From positions 6,994-70,993 of the forward strand of contig CAYRGX010000012.1 of the NCBI GenBank assembly GCA_964423905.1: 64,000 nucleotides of DNA, written 5' to 3'. Made by a program: the position numbers and the translations under genes. The notes below the pieces were generated by a model, which searched no databases, was not told the DNA's origin, and saw only the letters and a list, made by a program, of their open reading frames with translations. The stretch is from an uncultured Leptospirales bacterium. Its GTDB lineage: Bacteria > Spirochaetota > UBA4802 > UBA5550. This document shows, piece after piece, positions 1 through 9,271 of the stretch. Each line of letters starts with the position of its first letter. The stretch's first letter is position 1.

Positions 1-1
1 G

Positions 2-595
2 GAACATGGCCTCGTGCTCCGAGAGCAGCGAGTTCTTCACGCCCTCCTTCCAGGCCTCGTAGCCCGCGCCGGTTTTCCCGGCCATGCTGACGCCGGTGAC
101 GATCACCGCGAGGTTCACGCGGCCGTCCCCGTAAAGAACCCTTCGCACCGCGAGCGCGTCCGCGGGCTCGTCGAACGGGATATCGGCGCGCATGCCCAGC
201 GTCGACTTTTTGCCGGATGTTTCGACAACCAGGTTCGTTTTCTCGCCGTTTCGCTTCGCAAGCCAGGCCTCGAGCACGTCCAGGCGCGACGAGATCGTCT
301 TCCCGTCAAGTGAAACGATCACGGCGCTGCGCCTGAGGCCCGCCTTGTCCGCGGGCGAATCCTTCATGATGCCGCCCACCGCGACCTTTCCGTCAGCGGC
401 GCGCACCACGTCAAAACCGGGATCGAAGCGCCGCACGTGGCCCTGCGGCAGAGGTTTCAGCCCGGTCTTACCGCCGCCCTGGGAGGTGGCGCACCCGGCG
501 GCCGCGGCAAGCGCGAGCAGGACCAGGGCCCCCGCGAGCGAACGCACGGTTCGCGTGGACGGCATGGTGTCGTGTGGATATGTCCGGGTTTTCAT
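2..595 (-). CDS. PDZ-domain lipoprotein, N-terminal part (runs off the window edge; not in the ORF track)
   Basis: Manual translation from ATG at 595 (alternative ATG 565): signal peptide ending LALAAAAG-C, then PDZ-like GFDVVRAADGKVAVGGIMKDSPADKAGLRRSAVIVSLDGKTI. No stop before the window start. Confidence 0.7.
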   Translation of the reverse strand, partial: MKTRTYPHDTMPSTRTVRSLAGALVLLALAAAAGCATSQGGGKTGLKPLPQGHVRRFDPGFDVVRAADGKVAVGGIMKDSPADKAGLRRSAVIVSLDGKTISSRLDVLEAWLAKRNGEKTNLVVETSGKKSTLGMRADIPFDEPADALAVRRVLYGDGRVNLAVIVTGVSMAGKTGAGYEAWKEGVKNSLLSEHEAMF

Positions 596-657
596 TGCGG
601 CCTGTTCCGTAAGCAAACTACGGGACGAGGTATTTGTCAAACGGTTTTCCGGGAGCG

Positions 658-1884
658 TTATATGCCGCGCGCCTCGCCGTCCTTTTTCAGGATATATCGG
701 TGCACGATGGCGAGCGCTGCCGCGACCGCCCCGGGTTGTATGTGGTCGACGGTGTCGCGGGAGGTATGGTAATAGAACGTATCGCGCGCGATGTCCTCGG
801 ACATGGCGACCAGGGTTGTCGCCCGGACGCCGATCGCCGCCATCTCGGCGGCGTCGGTGCCGCCCGCGCCGAACAGGAACCTGAACGGGCGCGCCCGGTA
901 GCCGAGCGACCCGGCTATGTCAACGCATTCGTCCGCCATCTTCCTGGAGAGCCTGACGAAGCCGTTCAGGTCGGTAAAGAGGAACTTGATCTGGTCCGGG
1001 TCGAAGATGCAGTCCATGTTGAAGTTCCATGCCGGGAGGGAGCGAAGTTCCTCGCGGTGACGCCGCGCGTAGGCGCGGGCGCCCCGGAGTCCCGACTCCT
1101 CGGCGTCATAGCTCACAAATATCAGGCGCGTGTGCGCGGGGCGCTTCTTTCCCGCGAAAAGGCCGGCCGTGCCGGCCGCGATCGCGGAGGCCACCAGGTT
1201 GTCGCCCGCGCCAGGGGACACGCCGGGCCCGGCGAAAAACCAGAGCTGGCCCACGAACGCCATGGCGAAGAACGCGGTGTAGCGCATGGCCCCGGCAAAG
1301 GGCGGCGCGGAGCCGGTGACGCATTCCATGATCACCCATATCCACGCCATGATGAAAGCGATATCGATCGACAGGAACGCGAACAGTATGCGCGCTTTGT
1401 AGAGGAAGGGGAAACGCGTGAAAAAGTTGAAGATCAGCGCGCTGTCGTGGTGGCCGCTCACGATCACCTGCTGCCTGGCCTCTCCTGAGGGCTCGATGAC
1501 GCCAACGACATTATATCCCTTCCCCTTTCGGTAGAACGGATCGAAGATCTGCCGGTAGAACACGAACTGGCTGAAGGTGATGACGACGGCGAAGGTGTAT
1601 CCAAGGACAGCGGGTACGAGGTACCCGAAGAAGAGGAACACGGACGCGAGCGTGTAGGCAACGGCCGAAGCCTTGAGAAACCCCAGGAAGGCGTTGGGGC
1701 GCACGTCGAACCCCTCGATCACGGCGGAATCGCACGCGTGCGCGAACTCGTCCCGGAGGATTTCCGCCGACCGCTTGCACGCATCGGTGCCGCACAATCG
1801 CGGGCCGCATTCCCTGATGATACGGTCTGTAAGTTCGATCGCCTTCGCCGCGTGTTTCTTCGAGGTTTTCTGGTCCATGCTCAC
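658..1884 (-). CDS. M28-family Zn peptidase with internal transmembrane segments
   Basis: Metal-ligand motifs SGHHDS, PGAGDN, DAEESGLRG, NMDC, GTDA and YYHTSRDT; two hydrophobic stretches. Confidence 0.8.
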   Translation of the reverse strand: MSMDQKTSKKHAAKAIELTDRIIRECGPRLCGTDACKRSAEILRDEFAHACDSAVIEGFDVRPNAFLGFLKASAVAYTLASVFLFFGYLVPAVLGYTFAVVITFSQFVFYRQIFDPFYRKGKGYNVVGVIEPSGEARQQVIVSGHHDSALIFNFFTRFPFLYKARILFAFLSIDIAFIMAWIWVIMECVTGSAPPFAGAMRYTAFFAMAFVGQLWFFAGPGVSPGAGDNLVASAIAAGTAGLFAGKKRPAHTRLIFVSYDAEESGLRGARAYARRHREELRSLPAWNFNMDCIFDPDQIKFLFTDLNGFVRLSRKMADECVDIAGSLGYRARPFRFLFGAGGTDAAEMAAIGVRATTLVAMSEDIARDTFYYHTSRDTVDHIQPGAVAAALAIVHRYILKKDGEARGI

Positions 1885-1913
1885 TATCCTGTGGTTCTTC
1901 GTTCAGCCAAATG

Positions 1914-2393
1914 TTACCGAAAGAACTCGTCTCTTGTCAGCCAGAGCTCCTCGATGCGGTACATGTGCCAGTATTCATGGAATATCATGTGGTTCAGGAG
2001 TATGGGGATGCCGTAGTCCCTGTACTCGGGATGCACCGCCTTCCTGGCGAGCTGCTCGCCGGTGAGGCCATCGATGAGGTACACCTGTTTCTGGCGCATG
2101 TCGCGATACGATGCCAGGACATCTTTCAGGGGTATGATCTTGTCCAGTTCCCGTCCCCCCTCGGAGGGGAAGTAGGGGCGGATGACCGGGTCCCTGGAGT
2201 TTTTTATCGTGTGTATGCGGTCGTAGAGCATCGGCTGGACATCGGCGATATGGGTGACGTGCTGCCTGATGCTCCAGGCGTCCGGCCCGCGCCTGGCGTC
2301 CAGCGCCTCGACCGGGATATTCAGGACGTAATCGCAGATCACCGCCGGGATGTTCTTAAGGGTTTCAACGATGGTACGGATTTCGCTTTGCAT
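1914..2393 (-). CDS. DinB family protein
   Basis: WSIRQHVTHIAD, PVIRPY, A-H-P-E-Y and HEYWH motifs; start taken at MQSEIRT (2393). Confidence 0.75.
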   Translation of the reverse strand: MQSEIRTIVETLKNIPAVICDYVLNIPVEALDARRGPDAWSIRQHVTHIADVQPMLYDRIHTIKNSRDPVIRPYFPSEGGRELDKIIPLKDVLASYRDMRQKQVYLIDGLTGEQLARKAVHPEYRDYGIPILLNHMIFHEYWHMYRIEELWLTRDEFFR

Positions 2394-2565
2394 GGTTGTT
2401 CTCCCCGCGCCTTTCGGCAACCTTGTGCCCGGACGAACGAATAATGGCGATACCGTGGAGCGCGTCAAGAAAGTTGTCGGCAGACACATTTTTTTCGAAA
2501 CGGAAAAATCCCTTGCGCTGCGCGCAAGGGATGCACTAAAGTGAAGATGTTTCCAAAATCAAATT

Positions 2566-3129
2566 ATGCCGGGGTTTATGATGAAAAAGATATTGGTTGT
2601 CGTATCGGTATTCGTGTTTGCCGTTGTCGCCTGTAAGAAGAAAGATGGCGAGGTCGGGAAGCAAGTGATTCTCTCCAAGATTGAAGTCATACAGGGCACG
2701 ACTTTTTCCGCCGGTTCATCGGTAGAGAAGGACGAAGCGGGCCTATTAAAAAAAGCGGTGCTCGGCGCTGACCAGAAGATAGCCGATGTCAGTTTCGGCG
2801 AATCCTTTCCCTACGTGTTCAAGAAGGGCACCGAACTCGAATACCGGCCGGGCATCGTCATCAAGAAGCCGGAAATGCCGTCCGTGATCACCATTAAAGA
2901 GAAGCATGTCATCATGGGGATCGAATTTCCCGCCGAAACGCGGCTCGAACCCGCGTCCGCGTCGGGCACTGTGGGCGACAAGAAGACCTCCAGCGTCATG
3001 TTCATACAGTTCCAGCTGGGGGACGCTCTCACTATCAAGGGAAAGACCTTCAAGGCCGGGGAATACATCCAGGTCTATTCGAAGGACAGGATCGTCTACC
3101 ACGAAAACGGAAAGGAGAAAACGCTGTAA
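2566..3129 (+). CDS. Hypothetical lipoprotein with three I-x-G-x-x-F-x-A repeats
   Basis: MKKILVVVSVFVFAVVA-C lipobox; 187-aa ORF. Confidence 0.6.
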   Translation: MPGFMMKKILVVVSVFVFAVVACKKKDGEVGKQVILSKIEVIQGTTFSAGSSVEKDEAGLLKKAVLGADQKIADVSFGESFPYVFKKGTELEYRPGIVIKKPEMPSVITIKEKHVIMGIEFPAETRLEPASASGTVGDKKTSSVMFIQFQLGDALTIKGKTFKAGEYIQVYSKDRIVYHENGKEKTL

Positions 3130-3188
3130 CATCGCGTCATTCTCCTGCGAGGAAGCCGTGTTCGCGCGCGGTTCCCCGCGTCGGCACA

Positions 3189-3596
3189 TCAATCGAGGAG
3201 GCGCCTGCTGCCCTCGAGCGAGCGAATGTCCTCGATGTCCATGGTGTGCTCCATGCAGCCCAGGTAGGTCCCGGAAGGGTCGCGGAGGGCGTAGAACTCT
3301 ATGAGCACCTTGTGCTTCCCGCCGGCGGGACCAAGGGGAAGATCGATCCAGAAACGCGCGCGGTCTCGGGTGCCCGACTTCATCTCGTCGACGATGCGCT
3401 CTACCAGGGGCAGGCTTTCCGTCGGATGGCATTCCCTGAAATTCAAGCCCATCGAGGTGAGCGAGCGCTTGAAGATGCGCCTGTCGTGCCGGTTCCATCC
3501 CACGACCTCGTCATTTGCGTCGATGACGGTGATCTCGGCGGGTAATGTCTCGATCACGGCCCTGACGGTTTTTTCGTCCATGCGGTCTATCATTGC
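3189..3596 (-). CDS. Stand-alone PAS-domain protein (DUF438/PAS_10-like)
   Basis: ETLPAEITVIDANDEVVGWN, GLNFRECHP and FYALRDPSGTYLGCME motifs. Confidence 0.75.
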   Translation of the reverse strand, partial: AMIDRMDEKTVRAVIETLPAEITVIDANDEVVGWNRHDRRIFKRSLTSMGLNFRECHPTESLPLVERIVDEMKSGTRDRARFWIDLPLGPAGGKHKVLIEFYALRDPSGTYLGCMEHTMDIEDIRSLEGSRRLLD

Positions 3597-3626
3597 ATAT
3601 CCTCCATGCACACGGGCGTAGCCGTC

Positions 3627-4375
3627 TCAGGCGCGCACCCGCCCGGTTTTCATGAACAGTGGAAACTCCACTCTGCGTATTATCGAACGATCCCCCCATG
3701 CGCGCCCGAGCTCGTCGCGTATCTCGTCGATGGGATCCTCTCCCTTTTCGCGCCGGTAGGCCCTGACGCTCGACCAGGTGCCGAGATAGCCAAGGAGCGC
3801 GTCCAGGTCCCACTCGGCGTTCATGCTGAATTCCGGCGCGGGAATCTCGTCGAACGGGAAGGGGATCGAGGCGTAGCGCGTCTCGATGTGCCGCCGCTCG
3901 GGAGGCCACCATGGGCCCACGATGTCGTGGTACAGGCGCCCCACCGCCTGGTCCACTTCGGGGCTGACGCGATGCAGGCCGTAACCCCACGCGGCGATGA
4001 CGCACCCCGGGGATGCGACACGACGCGCCTCCGCATAGAAGGCCCCGCAGTCGAACCAGTGAAGGGCCTGGGCCACGGTGATCGCGTCGATCGTGCCGTC
4101 GTCGATGCGCGCTCGCTCGGCAGGGAACACGCGGTAGTCGACGTTCGCCGCGGTCGCGCGTTTTGCACCTGGCTTTCGCTCGCGTCGGAAGCGATCACGC
4201 GGTCGTATCGTTCCGCCATTGCCAACGCGGCCTGGCCGTTGCCGGTCGCACAGTCCCAGGCACGCGCGGTCCGCGGCGAAAGGCCGGCGATGAAGTCGAA
4301 GATTTCGGGGGGATATGCCGGCCGGTGGGCGGCGTAGTCCGCCGAGTGTCCGGAGAAGTGGTCCTTGAAGATCAC
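3627..4375 (-). pseudogene. Class I SAM-dependent methyltransferase split by a 1-nt frameshift near 4150
   Basis: 5' frame FKDHFS...WDCATGNGQAA...DASESQV continues in another frame as NVDYRVFPAE...ITVAQALHWFD. Could be an assembly error. Confidence 0.75.
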
Positions 4376-4379
4376 GGCG

Positions 4380-4820
4380 TTAAACCGAAACCGTACCGCC
4401 GCATGACCTACACCTGCGCGCGCCCCTGAAAAGGCGCCCGCCGCACGAAGAACAGGCGTAGTGCGCCTCCTGGTCGGCCACCCATTCCCCGGTTTCCATC
4501 CGATTCCAGCGGGGGACTTCGCGCAGAATGACCTTTTTGCCTTCCTCCACGGGAAAGCTTTCGATGTGTTCGCATGGGAAATCGTCGCACCTGGAGCAGC
4601 CCTCGATGTTTCTCTGCGAGGTGCACTGCTTGATGGGACACGTGCGGCAGTACACGAACACCTCGTCCGAGAGGCATCCGCGGCAGGCGACCTGCTCGGG
4701 TGTCACGCCATAGGCCGCGGCAAGCTTTTTCTTCAACGATTCATCGGCCGCGGCATGGGCCAGGTAGATGCCGCAGGCGCCGCAGTACAATCCGCAGGGG
4801 GAAACGAGCTGCCTGTTCAT
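4380..4820 (-). CDS. DUF3795 Cys-rich protein with C-terminal Zn ribbon
   Basis: PCGLYCGAC, CRGC, CPIKQC, GCSRCDDFPC, CSSCG and CRSCG motifs. Confidence 0.8.
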   Translation of the reverse strand: MNRQLVSPCGLYCGACGIYLAHAAADESLKKKLAAAYGVTPEQVACRGCLSDEVFVYCRTCPIKQCTSQRNIEGCSRCDDFPCEHIESFPVEEGKKVILREVPRWNRMETGEWVADQEAHYACSSCGGRLFRGARRCRSCGGTVSV

Positions 4821-4942
4821 GGGGACCTCCTCGTGGCGGCCCGAACGGGGCCGGCCGTGATTAGATGAGCGCATACGGGACGGTTTTGCAAACATTTTTC
4901 AGCGGACACGGGCGCCGCATGGAGACGTTCCGGAACGGCATA

Positions 4943-5488
4943 TCAGACGGTGATGTCCACCTGGTAGTCGCCGTCACGCATGGTATATCGCACATCGTAC
5001 CCGAGCCCGTTAAGGACATGTCGTATCACGTCGTTGCCGGGATCCATCATGCTCCTGAACGATCTGATACCGTGTTCCTCGCCGATATCCACGATTTTCC
5101 CGAGCAGGATCGTGCCGAGACCGGCACGCTGCCAGTCGTCCCTGACCGCGATCGCAAGGTCGGTGAAGCCTTCGTCTGTGTCGAGGGCGTAGCGCGTCAC
5201 GGCGATCACGGCGTCGCGTCCGCCTTCCCCGACAACCGCGGCAAGCGCGAACTCGCGGTCGTAATCCACGTGCGTCAGGTGATGGAGCAGTTCATCGGGA
5301 AGGGAGGGGATATCGGACAGAAAGCGAAGGTGGACGGAGCGGGCCGAGAGGTGATCGAAAAGCGCCACGAGCAGGGGACCGTCATCGGGGCGTATGGGCC
5401 GGATGAAGACTTCCTTCCCGTTTTTCAGCGTAAGACGCTGCTCGTACCTGGGTGGATACGGCGCATGTTTTTTTCCCGGTTCGCTCAT
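4943..5488 (-). CDS. GNAT N-acetyltransferase (resembles the GNAT domain of Pat/Pka-type acetyltransferases)
   Basis: IRPIRPDD, RFLS, VDYDREFALAA and VRDDWQRAGLGT motifs. Confidence 0.8.
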   Translation of the reverse strand: MSEPGKKHAPYPPRYEQRLTLKNGKEVFIRPIRPDDGPLLVALFDHLSARSVHLRFLSDIPSLPDELLHHLTHVDYDREFALAAVVGEGGRDAVIAVTRYALDTDEGFTDLAIAVRDDWQRAGLGTILLGKIVDIGEEHGIRSFRSMMDPGNDVIRHVLNGLGYDVRYTMRDGDYQVDITV

Positions 5489-5561
5489 CGGACTTTCTGG
5501 TGAATTCACCGCCCTGAACGATTGGAGCATATCCTCGTGCTTCCCGCGAAGTGAACCGCGC

Positions 5562-8012
5562 CTACTTTTCCCTCATTTCGAAGACCCTGTTCCAGTTGGA
5601 GGGGGGCGGGTTCTGCTCGTAGCGTTCGCAGCGTTTCATGAGCACGCGTGCCGCCTCGTCGTGGGGATTCGCATCGATAATTTCCCCCAGCACTATCTTG
5701 GCCTTGGCGAAACGGCGATCCATGTAAATCTGAAGCGCCTGCTCGTATTTGCGGTTTGCCTTGATTATGTTTTCCGGGACTTCATCCGCGAATCCGGAGA
5801 TCTCGTATATGGCGATGGGTTCCTTTTTGCCCTTCACGGTCACGACATCAAGCATGCGCGTCTCCATCCTCCCGCCGAGGAGCTCGTAGGTGAAATGGCT
5901 GCATATGATGCCCGTTCCGTACTGCTTGTTGATTCCCTCGAGTCGGCTGGCCAGGTTGACCGTGTCCCCGATGACCGTGTAGTTGAGCCGCTTGTCCGAC
6001 CCCATGTTGCCCACGATCAATTCGCCGGTGTTGATGCCGAAGCGCGACATGAAAAGGGGGTGCCCCGTCTCCCTCCAGGTGGTCTGGCGCAGAAGGTGGA
6101 GGCGCTTTCTGCAGTCGAGGGCCGCCTTGCAGGCGTAAAACGCGTGGTCCTCGCAGTCGTTCGGCGCGTTCCAGAAGGCCATGATCGCGTCACCGATATA
6201 CTTGTCGATGGTACCGCCGTTGGCGAGGATCACGTCGCTCATCTCGCTCAGATAGCTTCCGAGGTAGCGGACAAGCTCGTCAGGGGTGAGGCTTTCAGAA
6301 ATAGCGGTAAAGTCGGCGATATCGGAAAAATAAACCGTCAGTATCTTGTTCTCACCGCCAAGTTCGGCCTCTGCCCCTGATTGCACGACGAACCGGACCA
6401 CGTCCTGGGGGACATACTTGCTGAACGAGCGTAGCCCGGTCTCCATGTTGTGGAAGGCCTCGCCCATCTGGTTGATCTCGATGAGCCGTGAATCGATCGT
6501 TACGGGTTCACCCAGGTTGAACACGCGAATCTTCTCGGTCTCGTCGACGAGCGTCTTCAGGTTCTGGGTTATGCTCCTGGCGATCCACAGCGCCAGGATG
6601 AACGAAAGCGCCATCATGAAGAGGGATACGATGATAAGAATGAGCGTGTTCTGTTTCGCGATGGCCATAAAATCGTCTTCGGGGATGACGATACCGACGA
6701 TCCACCTGAAGTTGCTGTTCGGGGGGAACGGCGAAAACGACCCGATGTACGGAGTGCCTTTGTAATCGAACCTGAATTGCTTCATTTTTGTCAGGCGGAT
6801 TTCTTTCTTTTCACCGGCTTTACCGCCTTTACCAGTGCCGGCCGGGCTCTCACCCGCGAGACCACTTTTCTGGAAGGACACGCGGTATAGGTCGTTGGGG
6901 CAGTTATGGATGGACGTCAGCTCGAAATCATAGCCGGTTACCTTTCCGGGGTCTTTAGCATCGTTGTGTTTCGGGATCTGCCTGATCAGTTTTGACAGCT
7001 CCTCGCGCGCGAAGGTTTCGCGTTTTACCGGGTCCTTGATGGCCTTCGAGTAGGGATTGTAGGCGATGAGCTCTCCGATCTCGTTGAGCAGGAACACCTT
7101 GCCGTTCGTGCCGACGTTCAGGTTCGCGAGGTATTTCGTGGATATGTCGATTATGCCGATATCGACGCAGTAAATGTAATCGATCTTTTTTTTGCCAAGC
7201 GCGATGGAGCAGGTGATGCCGGGCGTTTCATCGGAGAAGAATACGTATGCGGGGGTCCAGGTGGGCATGCGTTCCCTGCCGGCTTCGATGGCCTCGTTAA
7301 ATTCCCTGACCGCCAGGGAAAACCAGGGCCGCTGGCTGGGGTCATAGGCTCCGGCCGCCGGTTCTATGGCATTGGCATAATTTATCTTTCTGCCCGTTTT
7401 TGGATGTACGTAAGCCGCATTGTAGTACGATTCGTTCTGGTGGTCCCACACGGTGATGAGTACAGGCCCCGCTTTCGTGTTAAACCGCATGCGCCAGGTG
7501 GTGGACAGGCTTCCGTCGTCCATCCTTTTTACCATCGTGAAATCCTTGGAATGGTAGTCGGTCTTGTGGATCTTCGATATCTGCTGGTAGGTGCGGCACA
7601 GATCGGAGGAAAAATCGATGAAGGACGACATGGATTCCATGCGTGGCCTGATCATGGATGCCAGGCGTTCACGGGTAAGCCCATATTTTGAGAGCATCTT
7701 CGAGTCGTAGTACTTGACGGTTTTGCGAGCCTGCGGGCCGAACCCTATCATTCCCGCACCGCGGTTTTTTGCGGACGTGTTAAGGTAAAGAAAATGGCGT
7801 GTCCGGGAGGCCATGGTCGCTGGCTCGAGGAAGTCGAGGGTCTTCTCGGTGACCGACATCGATACGTTATCGATCAGATTGTCCAGGACATTGTTCACGG
7901 AGCTCCTTCCCATGACCACGGAAATGGTGATGAGAATAACGGAGCTAACGAACAGCAGAATTGTAAGGGCGAGAAATATCGTTATGCGAAGGGTAAATCT
8001 GAATTCTTTCAT
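5562..8012 (-). CDS. Class III adenylate cyclase with extracytoplasmic Cache-type domain and HAMP
   Basis: Two TM segments, YDPSQRPWF, HAMP (EINQMGEAFHNM), FSDIADFT, DKYIGDAIMAFWNAP, NYTVIGDTVNLASRLE; TPR-like C-tail. Confidence 0.9.
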   Translation of the reverse strand: MKEFRFTLRITIFLALTILLFVSSVILITISVVMGRSSVNNVLDNLIDNVSMSVTEKTLDFLEPATMASRTRHFLYLNTSAKNRGAGMIGFGPQARKTVKYYDSKMLSKYGLTRERLASMIRPRMESMSSFIDFSSDLCRTYQQISKIHKTDYHSKDFTMVKRMDDGSLSTTWRMRFNTKAGPVLITVWDHQNESYYNAAYVHPKTGRKINYANAIEPAAGAYDPSQRPWFSLAVREFNEAIEAGRERMPTWTPAYVFFSDETPGITCSIALGKKKIDYIYCVDIGIIDISTKYLANLNVGTNGKVFLLNEIGELIAYNPYSKAIKDPVKRETFAREELSKLIRQIPKHNDAKDPGKVTGYDFELTSIHNCPNDLYRVSFQKSGLAGESPAGTGKGGKAGEKKEIRLTKMKQFRFDYKGTPYIGSFSPFPPNSNFRWIVGIVIPEDDFMAIAKQNTLILIIVSLFMMALSFILALWIARSITQNLKTLVDETEKIRVFNLGEPVTIDSRLIEINQMGEAFHNMETGLRSFSKYVPQDVVRFVVQSGAEAELGGENKILTVYFSDIADFTAISESLTPDELVRYLGSYLSEMSDVILANGGTIDKYIGDAIMAFWNAPNDCEDHAFYACKAALDCRKRLHLLRQTTWRETGHPLFMSRFGINTGELIVGNMGSDKRLNYTVIGDTVNLASRLEGINKQYGTGIICSHFTYELLGGRMETRMLDVVTVKGKKEPIAIYEISGFADEVPENIIKANRKYEQALQIYMDRRFAKAKIVLGEIIDANPHDEAARVLMKRCERYEQNPPPSNWNRVFEMREK

Positions 8013-9271
8013 TGTTTCCGTACCGTGTCAGGGGCAGTCGTTTTAACGATTTCCGCAAACTTCAATATGGACACGGGTGGATAAAACTTGAGGCGCTTTG
8101 CCGTTTCCATGTTGACCAAGAACGAATATCGCTTGAGTGTCTCTATATTGATTTTCCCCGGGTTCTTGCCCCCGACGAGTATTTCAACCGCCTTGTAACC
8201 GGCAAACTGCCCCACGTTGTAGTAGTGGCTCACCACCCCCATGAGGGCTCCGCCCTTGATGATCGGGTCCTCCGTGGCGGAAAAGGTTTTTATCCCGAGG
8301 CGATTCAGCTCCTTCATCATGACGGTGGCGTGGGCGATGATGAAAGAATCGGATGGGATATACACGAGCGTAACGCCCTTCGATGCGATCTGCTCGACCA
8401 TGGCCGGCAGCGACGATGCGACTGGTTTTTTGGCATTGTCGAGGGGCAAAGGCGCGCGCACGAGCTCGATGCGGTTTTCACGGCACAGCCATTCGAGCTC
8501 GTCGACCTGCTGGATCGCGTTGTCCTCGGCGGGATTGTAAATGACGCCAATTTTTTTCACGTCGGTTACGGATCGCAGCGCGTTAAACTGGGCATCCATC
8601 GGGACAAGATGCGAGCAGCCGGTCAGGTTCCGGCCCGTCGTAAGAGATGTGTAATCGATCCGAAGAAGAATCTCCTGGAGCCGGGTCTCGGTGCGTTTCG
8701 AGATGCCTTTTACAAGAAGATACGAACGCCCGCGGCTCGCCATCCGGTATGACGAGTTGACGAGCACCCGGTCGCTCTTTTTCTCGAGACGTTCGAGTAT
8801 TTTTTTTTCGAAGACAGGGGCGCTAATTTTCCGCTCGAGCGCGGGGGGCGAGACAAACTTCGAGCCCACCGGTTTCGCTACGATGTTGAAAATGACGGGA
8901 ATGTCGGTGATGAACCTCTCCTTGTCCCGATCGCTATCAAGCCCGACGATGTACTTCGTCGTGGTCGTGCCGAAGGTGTATATCAGGTCTGGACGCTCTT
9001 TCTTGATCTCTGCCATGATGGCGGGCAGCGCGTTCTTGTCGTTTTTACAGTCGCGTATGGTATAGGTCGTGTTGACCTTTTTTTCAGCAAGGTAATCCAT
9101 GAACCCGCGCTCGGCGTCGGTAATACCCCGCCACACCACGAGAAACACCTTGTAGGGATCACGGGATTTTTCAGTGTTCCCGGCGGATGCCGCGATCGGG
9201 AGAAGCATCATGGCGGCGATGGCCACGGCGAGGATAGCCGCTCTGGAAAGGTTTTGCTTGATCGATTTCAT
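8009..9271 (-). CDS. ABC-type solute-binding protein (ABC_sub_bind family) with no ABC permease or ATPase nearby
   Basis: Signal peptide; DLIYTFGTT, IPVIFNIVAKPV, IGVIYNPAEDNA, GQFAGYKAVEILVGGKNPG. Overlaps both neighbours by 4 nt. Confidence 0.8.
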   Translation of the reverse strand: MKSIKQNLSRAAILAVAIAAMMLLPIAASAGNTEKSRDPYKVFLVVWRGITDAERGFMDYLAEKKVNTTYTIRDCKNDKNALPAIMAEIKKERPDLIYTFGTTTTKYIVGLDSDRDKERFITDIPVIFNIVAKPVGSKFVSPPALERKISAPVFEKKILERLEKKSDRVLVNSSYRMASRGRSYLLVKGISKRTETRLQEILLRIDYTSLTTGRNLTGCSHLVPMDAQFNALRSVTDVKKIGVIYNPAEDNAIQQVDELEWLCRENRIELVRAPLPLDNAKKPVASSLPAMVEQIASKGVTLVYIPSDSFIIAHATVMMKELNRLGIKTFSATEDPIIKGGALMGVVSHYYNVGQFAGYKAVEILVGGKNPGKINIETLKRYSFLVNMETAKRLKFYPPVSILKFAEIVKTTAPDTVRKQ

